Source: Octopus vulgaris (lineage: Eukaryota). Taken from it: a stretch of 64,000 nt of DNA. Numbering within the stretch: the first letter of the stretch is position 1; every line of letters starts with the position of its first letter. The stretch spans positions 93,000,001 to 93,064,000 of the forward strand of contig OX597820.1 in the NCBI GenBank assembly GCA_951406725.2, written 5' to 3'. The notes below the pieces were generated by a model, which saw nothing but the letters and a program-made list of their open reading frames with translations, was not told the DNA's origin and ran no database searches. Position numbers and translations under genes: made by a program. Below, piece by piece: positions 1 through 13,640 of the stretch.

Positions 1-1559
1 ATAATATGAGTTAGTTTGTATGTAACAGAGATATATTAGCTGTATTTACCAACAATGTCTCTTTTGCTGGAATATCGCCAGCCTTAGTAGATATCATTGA
101 AGACTCTACACACGTTATTAATGGGGATTGCCTCACAGTTTTTTTTTTCTGTTTGACGTGCAATTCCATGATTTTGATAAAGAACCGAACAGTCATCATC
201 CGGAGACCAATAAAGAATGAATTTAAAGACGCGTATAGTTCTTGAAAACAACTTGATAGAAAAACATGAACGGTAAGTCAGCACATTTTGGGGACTAATC
301 TCTACCATACTACACTCAACATAGAATTTGATCATGACTATCGTTATTGCGAGAATTTTTAGTTATTAGTGAACACTAGTCTGAGATATTCAACTCCTTA
401 TTAAATATTTTTGAATCAAAACCAGTCTCATATGACGCCAAAAGTCTCAGTAAAAGTGCTTCAACTTCAGAAAAATTATGCTTAAACTCTTATTGTTGGT
501 ATAAAAGATGGGTGCGTTTGAGTTTAATTTTATTGTGTTCGAATTGGGTTTAATATCGATATTAGGATTTTGATCGTGACATTTTGAATGTCAGTTAGTT
601 CATTTGTTACTTGCTTGGGAATAAATGCTCCAATGAGCGTGACTGGTTCTGTTAGCAATGTTAACATATTCGAACTATCTAGAATAACTAATGCAGGTCA
701 TTATGGCATCAGAGGCTCCATTGGAAGCAAGTGCAGGGTCGAGCATCCATTCATAAAATGTCTCCAGAGGAAACCCAGTATTATACACCAGTTGATAGAA
801 TGGCTTCCTTGGTTGCTACGTTAGGGTTCAGATCCCTGTTCTATAAGATGGGAAACGCGATCCAAAAGATGTTACCTCCTGTACTCTTATTAAAGAACGG
901 ATCGGACTAAAAGAGGACACCTAAAAATAGCTTCATCAAATTTGAGTCCTAATGCAACAATCCTTCCTTCTGCCAACCCCCAAGTCAAAAACGTCATGCA
1001 ATTCACCATAATCTCGATCTTCCATAATTACATTGCAGTGGAAGTTAAGTTTAAGAGAATGCTTGGTGACACAAAAAATACAAAATTGGTTTGGATTCTT
1101 TGGATCGACAATACCCTCATTGCTTTATGGTTTTCTCGTGTACTGTTTTTAATGGTGACACTTGTAGATGACACATTCATAAATTCTATGGCTACCCAAA
1201 TGTGAAAGTGAATACATAAACTCTCATTAAAAGACCATTTTTTTCCCGACAACTTCCCAACGTGGTGTATTTTTTAAGTTTATCTGAAGGTAAATAATGA
1301 CACTTAATTTCCTTTCAGAACTGAGGTAGGATCGGAGTATATATTTATCAGATTAGGCCATATCCTGGATTGATCATTAAACAAAATATATATGTGCTTA
1401 CAGCACTGAGAGAAGGGCACACAGTAGACTTTTTTTCCATTGTTGGGTTTGTCGTAGTGAAAGTAACAAATTATTTTACTATTATTATTATTATCATCAT
1501 AATCATCAGCAGCAGCAGCATCTTCATCATCAGTATCTTTATTCAGTAGTCTTATTTGT

Positions 1560-2985
1560 ATCACGTGCTTTCACTGCGCTACCGAGCGCAGTTCTATGTG
1601 TCTAGGGTATGTGCTGTAGTTTGTTGTGGTGCTCTTATTTTCACTGTATTGAAAGTGTTTTACGTAGGATGTGTGCGGTGCTATTTTCTGTATGTTATAT
1701 ATACGTATTAGACCTGGTGTTTTTGTTATGCATTTGTTTGAATATTTTTTATCATACCTAATGCGCCTACTATAACAGGAAATGTTTCTGTTTTTGGACT
1801 CCTCATTCGAGTTACATCTATTTCCAGATTTTGTATTTTGAAAGTTTCTTTTAGAGAAACATTGTCATTTGTTGGTATTGATACATCGATTAGAAAGGGT
1901 TTTAATTTTTCTTGGTGATCTCTAATAACTATATCCGGCCTATTGACATTCATTTCTCTATCTGTGTGTATTGGTATATTCCAGAATATAGTCGCTTTCT
2001 CATTTTCTGTGACCTTTACTGGCGTGTACCTATACCATATTTTTCTGTTGTTGATCCACAGTGTTGGCATAGCTTCCAGTATATAACTAGGTCCCAACTC
2101 TGTCGTATCTGTAAATATATTCCTTCTTAACCAGAACTGGGCAGCCAGAGAAAATATGATTTACTGTTTATTCTCCATCTCCACAAACACTGCTTGTATT
2201 TCTTTTCATCGCGTGTTTTTTGGTGATTTCTTGTGGCAAGGCTTTCATCTTGTGCTGCAATTATAAATCACTCAGTCTCTGGTTTGATTCCAGAGCTTCT
2301 CAGCCATTATTGGGATTTTTGTTTTTTCTATTTCTTTTCTGATTAGTTTAACTCAATATTTGCCATGAAGGGGCTTTTCTTGCCATCATTTTATCATTAT
2401 CCGTTGCTGTTCCAGTTTTAATTTGAATTTCACTTGTTTTACATCTTTTGTTGTTTCTTTTCTCTCTTCATAGCTATTAGATATTATGACTTTTTTTGTA
2501 TTTGTCAGCTTCCTTAAACACTGGAAACAGTTTTTTTTTTTTGTTTTCTTCAATTTTTATTGCTATTTGTATTAATTTTCCTTGCTTCTGAAGCAGGTAT
2601 TTCTGTAGTGTCTGGTTGTTATTTTGTAAGAGTTTTCTGAATGTATAAGGTCTCTACTCCTTCGCCACGTTGTATATATAACCTTTGTATATCAGATTTT
2701 GGGTGGTGCATCCTAAATCTTGTCATTAGTTTTCTTGTTTACCTGTCTATTTGGATTAGTCAATTTAGAGTCCAGTTAAAAATATTGTAGCTGTAACTTT
2801 TAACTGGGACGGATAGAGTGTTGCTCCCTATTATCTTGCTTTTTGCACTGAGCTCGGTTTTCAATATTAATCTGACTCGTCTATAGTATTCCTTTTATAT
2901 CTTTCATTTGTGTGTCTTATATCGTATCTGCTTCATTGATTCCTAAGTATTTGTACGTTTGGCTTTGCTCTAATTTTCTTATTTC
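1560..2985 (-). mobile_element. R4/Dong-clade non-LTR retrotransposon, 5'-truncated and decayed (RT C-terminus, CCHC knuckle, restriction-like endonuclease)
   Basis: Minus ORF 1726-2097 has IPIHTDRE..NRPDIVIRD..FLIDVSIP..VIVGALG, the PD-(D/E)xK RLE signature of R4/Dong elements. It is homologous to 32100-33350, and its 3' end abuts a TTA/TCA microsatellite (~1480-1530). Confidence 0.9.
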
Positions 2986-3133
2986 CTTTCATCGCTTCGG
3001 GATCGATTAAATAGGTACCAGTTACTCACTGGAGTCGATGTAATCGTCTATCCTCTTACCCTAAATTTCAGGCCTTGTGCTTATAATAGAAAATATTATT
3101 ATTATTATTATTATTATTATTGTTATTATTATT

Positions 3134-3168
<35 letters not shown>

Positions 3169-5039
3169 TGATGATGATTTCAAACTTTGGCAGAAGGCAA
3201 GCAAGTTCGGGGGGAGTGTGTAAGTCGATTATATCGACCACCTAGTGTTCAACAAGGAATTATTTTATCGACCCCGAATTGATGATTGGTAAAGTGGACC
3301 TCGGCGGAAAGATATGCAAAACGCTGCATCTTTTCTTGTTGTCCCCAAAAATAAGTTATTAATGGGGACTGAATTGTCGTTTAAGGTTAATAGAATTTAA
3401 AATCAGTTATATTTAATATAGTTGAAGAATGAAGCCTGGAGATTAAAAATTTCGTTTAGGCATGCACCTGGCTGAGTGTTATTGATGAGTTTCAACTAGG
3501 AGTAAATGCATCAGGTGTTCTCACTTGCGGTGGTTGGGGTGATTTTTATGTAATCCTCCGATATAGGTTGTTTTTAAACACATCACATCCATAAGAGTTA
3601 TTAAGTCGGGCCAATATCGCAATAGCATGCTTGTCAAAGTTTATTTACATTATATATGGCTATTGGAATTTTTAAGCTGTTATACAACATCACTTGAAAA
3701 TGGAAAATCGAGGCTGCTACTTGGGAGATCATCAGAGCATCAGCTCTACAAAATTTAATTTCAGCCTTGTGTAAAAGGCTCCGTATAGTTCAACTTGTTT
3801 ATAGTTCAGAATGTTCTGTGTTTTGCTATTTTTGTTTTATGAATATCCTAAGTAATTCTAAGTGTATATTGTATGAGTTGCTTTTTCAAATCCATAATCC
3901 GGTCCCGGGTTAAGTATGCTAAATGAGATGGATATAACCTGTTTAAATATGTTTCTATGCAATGATAACGCTGTATAGAAACATCTGATGGATGCCGACT
4001 TATATTTGCTTGGTGTGTACACTTATTCTTTATATTTTCATATTTTGACTTCAAATCAAGTCGACTTTACTTCTCATGGCACTGAGATCAGAGTTATATC
4101 TTATATCAATCTCTATACATTATGGTCTTCCTAAAAAAATATGTATATTCCTCCAAGACTACAACGCATGCAATGTATATTCAGACTATGTAAATGAATG
4201 TTAAATAACAGATTACAGCGGAAAATAAGATGCAAATATTCTATATAATTTTTTTCTATTATTAGCAGAAGGCCACCAATTTTGAGGTGGGGGAAGTAAA
4301 TTGAGTCGATCCCAGTTCTCAACTGGTACTAATTTCATCGCCTCTAAAAAGACAACAAGAAAAGGTAACCCCGGCGGAATTTGAGCTCCAAACGTAAAGC
4401 CGGAAAGTATTTTGTCCGGTAACATAACACTTCTGCCGGCTCCCTGGCTTAACATGCTACATAATCTATCCTACATCAATTATGTAGTTTTTGATTTTTA
4501 TCATAGCATTGCTAACTTATGACCAAAATTGATAAAATACGTACTACAATTGATATATTAGGATCGATATCAGTAGACTATACTCACTACCCTGCAATGT
4601 GATAAATCAATATTTTCAATTCTTTGTTTATTTAAATGGAAAATGTTATATTAAGATAAGATTATTATTTTAGTATTCATATTTATGTTTAGTTATTTTC
4701 CATTGCAATTTGTTGAACACTAGCGTCGTTGGTTGTATGTTTCCAACACTCAGTCACTGCTTCGCTGTATTTTTGACGGCTAGAGTGATAAGGCATTGTG
4801 TGTACAATTCGAGCGGAACAAATATCACAACGGACTTCTTTCTAAAGCAACGATTTATCGATTATTCCCCTCCGCCAACGTTTATGTCTTTTCCCCGGTA
4901 TTGATAGTCGAGACACACGTGCACACAAATTCATATATGTGTGTGTATGTATGTTTGTATGTATGTGTCTATGTACGTGTGTGTTTATTAAAATAGAGTA
5001 GCTTTAGTGAAGTACTGTGCGGTATCACTTTAAAGAGAT

Positions 5040-5560
5040 TTGTTGTGTAAGAACGGAACAATGTGAGAAGGTACAAAGTAAACTACAAACGGAAAATAAA
5101 AAACAAAACCAAACATATAGTTTTTACCTTGTATTTCTATATTTCGGGCCTATAACCTCTTCTTCAGGACATTTGGAAAAACGAGGAATGGAAAAGTCGT
5201 TGCTCAGATGTGTGGGGGAAAGATGAAAAAGGAGGAGAAAAGATTAAAGTGACATGCACAAGCTGGTCGGACTCCTTCTTGTAGTCCTTCCTTGTTTTGA
5301 ATAGCTGGTCTCAATCTGTAGATAAGGAAACTCTCCATGATTCCGTTGCGCTGATGGACACCTTAAATACCTGGGTTTGGTACTTCTTTAGCCGTTATTT
5401 TTTTCTTCTACGCTCACATGTTCTTTTATTCGAATGTGCAAATTCCTGCTGGTGCTCCCAATGTAAGATGCCCATAATTTACTTCAGAGACTATTTCGTA
5501 TACCACATACACCCTCTCGCGTACGGTTTCACGACTATACTGTGAAACAGCCCAGTTTAG
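5040..5560 (-). mobile_element. Penelope-like element 3' relic (GIY-YIG endonuclease fragment plus LTR-like tail)
   Basis: Minus-strand translation near 5500-5415 gives VYVVYEI and, after a frameshift, ASYIGSTSRNLHIRIKEH (GIY-YIG motif). A decayed CTGAAGA...GAAA hammerhead-like motif lies downstream at about 5168-5142. Confidence 0.75.
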
Positions 5561-5910
5561 CTATTTAAAAAGTATACAAAAAACTGTTAAATTTACTTTG
5601 AATTATTCATAATGTGTCAAAATATTTATCGCACATCTGCAACCTAGCCACTGGCATATTTAAAAATGTAATTGATATTAAGTATGTGTATTCATGCGTA
5701 TTCATATGTACAGGCGCTCACATGCCCTACGTTCATCTGTGTGGCTGAATTCTACTTTCATTTGCCAAGCCGAGCATATAGTACAAGACATACATGCAAG
5801 ATAAGCCGTGTTTAAGACGTGATCCAATAACATGTACGAAATAAACTATTTGATAACTCGACTATACCGGCACGCATTATTTCTATAAAAATGATTTCTA
5901 GTAGCATACT

Positions 5911-6060
5911 AGAATCCCTCTCAACACATGGATATGATGCTCCCCCACTACTTCTTCTCGTGATCAGAGATGCACATATCGTCAGCCACTAAGGGACATG
6001 CTCAACTGGTTATGATCAAACAACTGACAAGCAAATCTGTGGTATTGTGCAGAATATTTG
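5911..6060. repeat. Partial copy of the 6100-6655 element
   Basis: Near-identical to about 6399-6548 (agaatccctctcaacacatgg...agaatatttg). Confidence 0.9.
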
Positions 6061-6065
6061 CACAA

Positions 6066-6099
<34 letters not shown>

Positions 6100-6655
6100 G
6101 AGTGAGAGAGCAGTTCATGCCATCAAAGTGACACTGGGGTAAAATATACGAAGCCCAATATACCCATCATGACTACCCGTCTGATAAGGGTATACCAGGC
6201 ACATGCATCACAACCATATGTGCGCGACATGGTGATCTCATATCAAGATAAACAGCACATGACCTTGCAGGTGGGGCCCAGTTAGAAATTTCTTCAGGTT
6301 GAGTAGCCCATCCCGCTCAAAAGGTCCCTGAATAAGGGTTGTTTAAGGATGTTGAAAGAACCACCCATGTTTCCAGAGGTGAATTATTCAAACCCCAAAG
6401 AATCCCTCTCAACACATGGCTATGATGCTCCCCCACTACTTCTGCTCGTGATCAGAGATACACATATCGTCAGCCACTAAGGGACATGCTCAACTGGTTA
6501 AGGTCAAACAACTGACAAGCAAATCTGTGGTATTGAGCAGAATATTTGCTGTAGCCCGTCTTTTATACCAAGACAGAACAATGCACATGATAACACTTCC
6601 AATCAGTTAAGATCAGAAGCCATGAGAGCCACTGCCCTGGTACTGCATCAGGGCA
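6100..6655. mobile_element. Non-coding interspersed repeat embedded in a (TTA)n array; probable non-autonomous element mobilised by Dong/R4
   Basis: Flanked on both sides by (TTA)n (6066-6099 and 6656-6815). It has a partial copy at 5911-6060, and its terminus recurs inverted at about 62215-62270. Confidence 0.65.
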
Positions 6656-6719
6656 ATTATTATTATTATTATTATTATTATCATCATTATTATTATTATT
6701 ATTATTATTATCATCATCA

Positions 6720-6759
<40 letters not shown>

Positions 6760-6997
6760 CATTATTAGTATTATTATTATCATTATCATCATCATCATCA
6801 TAATTATTATTATCGTCATCATGGAACACGTCGTACACTATCCAATATTGTGATATCGTAGAGTGAATATAGTTTGTGTACCGGGGATTTGTAATGTCTG
6901 TCAGGTCACAAGAACCTCAGACACAGTACTTAACGCAATACGTGTGCAGTTCCAAGTAAAACCGAATTATCATTGTTGCTGCTATTGTTGTTGTTGC

Positions 6998-7015
6998 TAG
7001 TAGTAGTAGTAGTAA

Positions 7016-7051
<36 letters not shown>

Positions 7052-7246
7052 CAACAGCAGCAATAGTAGTAGTAGTAGTAGTAGTTGTAGTAGTAGTAGA
7101 AACAGCAGCAGTAGTAGTAGTAGTAATAATAGTAGTAATAGTAGAAGTAATAGTAGTAGTAATAATAGTAGTAATAGTAGAAGTAATAGTAGTAGTAGTA
7201 GCAGCAGTAGTAGTAGTAGTCGTAGTAGTAGTAGTAGTAGTAGTAG

Positions 7247-7291
<45 letters not shown>

Positions 7292-7317
7292 TAACAACAG
7301 CAGCAGCAGTAGCAGCT

Positions 7318-7350
<33 letters not shown>

Positions 7351-7371
7351 ACAGCAGCAGCAGTAGCAGCT

Positions 7372-7410
<39 letters not shown>

Positions 7411-7448
7411 ACAGCAGCAGCAGTAGCAGATGTAGTAGTAGTAGTAGT
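6998..7448. repeat. Compound (GTA)n/(GCA)n microsatellite
   Basis: Direct reading; it explains the poly-L and poly-V/A ORFs. Confidence 0.98.
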
Positions 7449-8221
7449 ATTTACGTGATGTCTAATAACTACTTTACTTCGTTTGTATCTGTTAAAAAGT
7501 TAGGCGTTGGCAAGTGGAGCGAAGGTTTGGAGTTTACTTCATTTTCACTTTTTCTTTTTCACTCTTTTCTCCTTTCTTTGACAGACTTTTGTTTCTTTTC
7601 TCTGTTGATGTATTGCTAGGTTTCATCTGAAGTGTAAGATACGTCATATATTTCATTGGTTCATAGCACTTTCAATCTTTTCACCTCCCAATTCAAGATC
7701 TGTTGTTTCTATATAATCTTATATCATATCTCTCTAGCAATGCACAATATTTTTTGTGCTAGTTGTGGTTTATGATCCTACCCATGAACCGACGTAGTGG
7801 TACTGCTACTACTACTGGAAGAAATAGAAGAAGAAGAAGAAGAAGAAGAAATTTGGCTTAGATTTTTGACTACGCTTTCCGTTTAAGTTTCTCAGTTTGC
7901 ATTTTCTCACTAGTCTTTCTCTTTAAGTTTTGTAGATTTGTAGTTGTTCACCTTAGCTGTCTAGTTCGTTGGTCACTTCGTTACCTGCTTGGTTATTTCC
8001 ATGTGTTTGATCACCTTATTTTCACTTTTGGACATCTTATTGTCCCTTTGATCACTTTATTGATTACTTAGTTATGTTAGTATGTGTTTGTTCACTTCGA
8101 CAGTTATTTGATTATCTTTTGTCTGTTTCGTCATTTTAGAATCTCTCTAGTCACATTAATGTGTATTTTGGTCACCTTAGTCCCTCAGTAGTCATTCACT
8201 AGTCAACAGTAGTCAACAGTG

Positions 8222-8811
8222 CGCCTTTAAATATGGTTTCTGATTATAAATATCTTGGGTCATACATATCATCATCTGGAAAAGACTTTCTAACTAGAAA
8301 GGGTATGGCCTGGTCAGCCTGTAATGACATGCATAAGATCTGGTCATCAAATCTAAGTAGAGACTTCAAACTTGAAATATTCAAAGCCACAGTCGAACCA
8401 ATTCTACTATATGGCTCAGAAACCTGGACGTTATCAAAGAAGCTTGAGAGGCGGTTGGATGGAACCTACACTCGCCTCCTTATGAGAGCTCAAAATCTCT
8501 CGTGGAAGCGCCATCCAACCAAAATGCAAATATATGGGAAACTACCACCTGTGTCATCTCTTGTGAAAGGTAGTAGAGTCCAGTTTGCTGGACATTGTTG
8601 TAGAGCTGAAAAAGAAGCAATTTCTACTCTTCTTCTCTGGAAGCCATCTACTCGCAATACCAGAGGGCGCACACTCTCCTACCCTGATGCAATCTCCAGG
8701 GATACAGGCATCCAGCAACAGGACCTCCGTAATGCTATGATGGACCGTGAAGTCTGGCGTAACATAGTAAATTCCATTGTCTCGACCACGGTCGAACAAT
8801 GATGATGATGA
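8222..8811 (+). mobile_element. RTE-like LINE 3' end with intact C-terminal ORF and (GAT)n tail
   Basis: ORF 8233-8802 has YKYLGS..IFKATVEPILLYGSETWTL..MMDREVWR, typical of an RTE-group RT C-terminus. It ends in tgatgatgatga. Confidence 0.88.
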
Positions 8812-9199
8812 GTCATTCACTATAATCATTTAGTATATGGCTACTTTATAATCTGACACTTAAAGTCGGTGAGACAGCGGAATCATTACTCCACCGTACA
8901 AGCCTTAGGCTTGACGTCATTTCTTCTGGTTTTACCTTCTGAGTTCAAATGATGCTGGGGTCAATTTTGCCCTTTATCCTTTCGGGATCGTTACAATAAA
9001 CACCATTACAGTACAAGGGTCAATATACTCGGTCTTCCACTTCCCTCAGAATGACCACATTGTATCATGAATTAGAAATAAAAGAGGCGGCAAGCTTACG
9101 GACTCGTTAGCCCGCAGGAAAAAATGCTTCATGGCATTTCAGCCGTCTTTATTCTCTGAATTCTAATTCCGCTGAGATTCTCTTTGCCTTTCATCCTGA

Positions 9200-10400
9200 T
9201 GAGCTTCCGTACAGTTTTCGCCTGGCAAAATTTTGCTCTAAAGGCTTTAGTTGATCCGCTCAAGTTCCCATTTAGCAGGATCAATCCCAAAACCACACTT
9301 TTACGAACTGAACATTTTATCAACTTGGTCATGCTGAAGCAATTTAACTTCTGTCTTTAAAAAAATATATGATTAATAGCAACGCCTAGTTTTTAACATA
9401 TTATCGAATAATAAATATTGTCTAAAACTTTTATAGTGTCCGTGTATACTTAGTCCACGTGTGACTGATTGAAAAGCTGTTTCAATAGCCATATATATTG
9501 CAACAGAAGCTGTGTAAGGCAACTTCTACATGAAAGCCAATTATGCTGTGTATCATTTATCAAGGCACTTGTTTGTCAGAATATAATCAAGTTCTTTGAT
9601 AATTCATTCAATGAGAGATAGATTTGTAATATTTGCAGCCTCTGCTGATTCTTCCCATATAGGCCTTTTATAACATATTTTTGGAACTTATTTCTTAGGC
9701 AAAGAAGCCTAAGAAATGCTCCTGCTTGATCGTCTTCAAAGAACTTCCATCAGAGCTTGTTGCTAATTTCAGGAGCATTTTCTCACATCTTCTTCTATAT
9801 CAATATAATCATTGGTGGCCCCTATTAAATACAAAGTTAACCCAAAATTCGTTAAAGTGTTAAATAACTAGCCTGGTTCACTTAATTGCAAGTATATCAA
9901 AAGAGCAGTGTTCTTCCTTCTTTCATTAATATTTCTTAATGTGAGTGACATATAACCTTCAAACAATAGCCCTATTTTTGTAATACTTGATGTTTTTCTC
10001 TTGTAAATCTGAGATAAACGTTCGGGTTAAATTTCACGTTTCTAACAACACTGGTGCATTTTATTGCCAACTTATTTTTATAGGGATGTTTATATTATTT
10101 TCGGTTTCCATGAGTGACATTCTTCAATGTTTTCTTTTCCCTGTCAATGATGTTTTTTCTTCCATTTAATAGAACTGGAAATTTTCTTTGTCTCATGAGA
10201 AGCTTTTGTATTTGTGAATTATATTTTTTGTGAACCATAGCCTTCATCTCTAGTACATATTTAATTACTATAGCTTGCATTATTGATATAAATTGCTCCA
10301 GCTCAATGTCATTCAATTGCACATAGAGAATTTCGGAAAATTTCAGCTTGCAGATCTGTTTTTTAATTAATTTCCAATGGAATTTGTAGAAATGTAGGCT
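9200..10400 (-). mobile_element. Highly decayed CR1/L2-type LINE RT fragment
   Basis: Minus translation at about 9570-9440 reads LINDTQHNWLSCRSCLTQLLLQYIWLLKQLFNQSHVD, matching the CR1 RT pattern QHGF..RSCLTQLL...VD.IY.D. Boundaries are approximate. Confidence 0.6.
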
Positions 10401-10585
10401 GCATAGAGATAAAGTACTTCTTGAGAACTACTGAGATGCAGATATTTTTGTATCAAATTTTATCAATTCTACCATGAGGAGCTAAAAAGAAGATGGAAAT
10501 AGTCGACTTGGTATTGAAAGAGGATTTCTGCTTTATTCATGAATCTCACATCTAATTTGTTCCATAGATGAAATGTTCATTACAT

Positions 10586-12520
10586 CGTGACCGGTAAATT
10601 CCACTTCGGTTAATTCCACTTCGGTAAATTTCACGATAGGTAAAATTCACCGCCGTATAATCCGTTAAGGTAAGTACCATTACGGTAAATTCCACTCGAA
10701 AAATAACAGTCTATAGAAAACTAATTACACACGCCCTTGTTACACACTTCTTAACTAATTAGTCGTTTGTTAAATTCCACTGGGAAAATTTCACTATAGG
10801 TAAACTTCAGTGCGGTATATTCCACTAAGGTAAATTCAACTAAACGGTCTATAGAAAACTAATTACACACGCCCTTGTTACACACTTCTTAAGTAATTAG
10901 TCGTTAATTAAAGTATAGGTTTATGCCATTGTTACTCATTTTTTAACTGAACTTCACTGTACTGTTATTTTTTTTTTGTATTCAGTTTAAGTTTGAACTT
11001 TGAACCCCTCAACCATGGCAACATTTATAACATCAGAGAAGAACAAACGTAAGCTTTGCGACGAAGAGAATCATATATACGAAAAGAATGGAGTTAAGAG
11101 TAACAAAACAAAAGTATATTGGCGTTGTGAAAGTTTTTACAAAAGTTGCCTTTGTATGACTACCTTCAACTCCAGTATACCGGAAGTTACTTTTGCAACG
11201 GGCTCCCATAATCACTCATCAGGCAGTGCACACGTTAATGCCCGAAAGGCAGTTAATTCAATGAAAAGTGAAGTAATGAGATCGGGCACAGTATCTTCAC
11301 GGGAAGTATTAGCTACTGCTGTACAAAATCTTGATGAGGAAGCACTATGTTGTTGCAAACTACTCATGGACTTTCACGTAACATACGTGACTGGAGGCAG
11401 CACGCTTTAGGAATCCCAGTACTTTTAATTTGTCATTCGGGGGTTGAAATGTCTGATGCAGTTAAGTACTTAGAAAATGGGTCTTTGCCAGAATTTTAGT
11501 TTTTTCTTCAGAAAATTGGGCTTGCGGTGGGACTTTTAAGTTGACTCCAAGTTTGTGGTGTCAGCTTTGCACGCTGCATATCACCATTGGAGGGCCATGT
11601 ATGCCCAGGTTATTTGCCTTACTTCCTGACAAAAACGAAGTCTCATGTCATCGAGTTCTGTCTCCTATGCGGGATTTAAGGACAAATTATCGACCAGCGA
11701 CCTGTATCATGGACTTTGAAAAGCTCTCCATAATTTATTCGTTTCTGTATTTCCACATTTAGAAGTCGTTAGGTGTGTTATTAATTTCAGATAGTCTATA
11801 TGGCAGAAGATATGTGCACAGGATGAGAGTAGGAGATACAGCACGGATGAAAGTTTTCAGCTTAAAATTTAGTGTTTTTGCCCTTTAGCATTTTTACCAA
11901 TTGAAGACGTTGTCAATGGATTTGAGGAGTTGTCTGATGATGAAATCATCTCTTCTGAGTTTATCACTTATTTTGAGATATCATAGATTGGGACTATAAG
12001 AGGACGCGGTCTTCGTCGACGAAGAGAAACCCCAGTTTTCTATCCAACTCTGAAATATACACGACCGCGTTTTAACTGACTTGACAAGAGCAAATAATTC
12101 GGTATAAGGGTTCCACAATGTTTTGCGGTCATCGATAACATTCACACATCCAGATTTGTGGAAACTTTGCAATGTCCATAAGACTGAAGAAGCTTAAGCC
12201 GGACGAAAATTGTGCACATTCGACGTGGGGACTCGACAACAAGAAAAAGTCCTATCAAATAATTGATGCACGATTAAAGAAGCTAGTTGAGAATTATCAA
12301 CCTGAAAACGCTCTGCAATTCTAAAGAAATATTGCATCCAATCTGTCATAAAAGAATTTTCTTGAAATATATATTAAACTTTTTTATAGCTTTATTTTTA
12401 TGTACTCGCCGTCATTTATATCTTAATGTGTGAATAAAATGTGGTCTAAAATATATTCATATTACCAATAGTGAAATTTACCTTAGTGGAATTTACCGTA
12501 GTGGAATTTACCTACGACCG
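10586..12520 (+). mobile_element. Mutator-like (MULE) DNA transposon, decayed, with FLYWCH-type and MULE DDE transposase remnants
   Basis: TIRs are built from 15-16 bp ggtaaattccact repeats (10586-10700 vs 12471-12520). Candidate TSD is attacat/atgacat. ORF pieces include KTKVYWRCE..HNH (FLYWCH/WRKY-like), ALLPDKNE..CIMDFEK and RANNSV*GFHN. Confidence 0.88.
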
Positions 12521-12875
12521 ATGACATAAAGCGGCTATCCTACATAGCTGCAGTTATTATGTGATATTACTGATGGAATGAGGTCCTCTGGTGTGTGATG
12601 TGTGTGAAGTTGAACTCGCCGCAAACAAATACATTTCTCGTTGTCGGATTATTCAGAACCAAGATTTTGGCCATTAAACACGAGAACTATTCAATTGTAA
12701 CGACATCGTGAACGTCCAGCGAATGAGAAAATAGGGGAAGCTTTAAAATAATTGAAAGTAAAAGTCTAATTTACATTCTGCTTTTAACTTATTTGCTCTA
12801 TCAAACATAACTTTAATGTATGCATAATGTAACTATGAGAACACAGAAATTAAATAGATGTATATATACATACAT

Positions 12876-13311
<436 letters not shown>

Positions 13312-13640
13312 TAATTTTCTTTTACAGTTTATATATCTGCGACACTTTATTATGTACAGCTGCTTCATTTGCCATTTTTCTGTCTTCGTGTTCTGAGTAT
13401 TTTCAATATTTACCCTCTACTAAATCAAATTATTCTATGTGGTTTTCTATTAGAAATATTTATTCTTAATGGTCTCAATACTTTTAGCAGCACCTAGTTC
13501 CGTCCATATCATCTATCACATTTTCTTATTGCACTCAGCATTTTCGCTAAAAACAATCCGCTCCTTCCCCCACCCACACTTTTGTTACGTGCATTAATGC
13601 AAGTGACCTTATTTTTTTTTATATTACTGTCAATTACTGC

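Noticed and set aside
1-1450. Short ORFs on both strands, including an NSNAPIFY stretch faintly like a cadherin DxNDNxPxF motif
   Set aside because: Frequent stops in all frames, no second cadherin motif or recognisable domain, and no convincing exon structure.
6563-7458. Poly-N/I/L/V ORFs (also 30630-31016, 31852-32097, 58009-58441 and similar)
   Set aside because: Translations of microsatellites, not genes.
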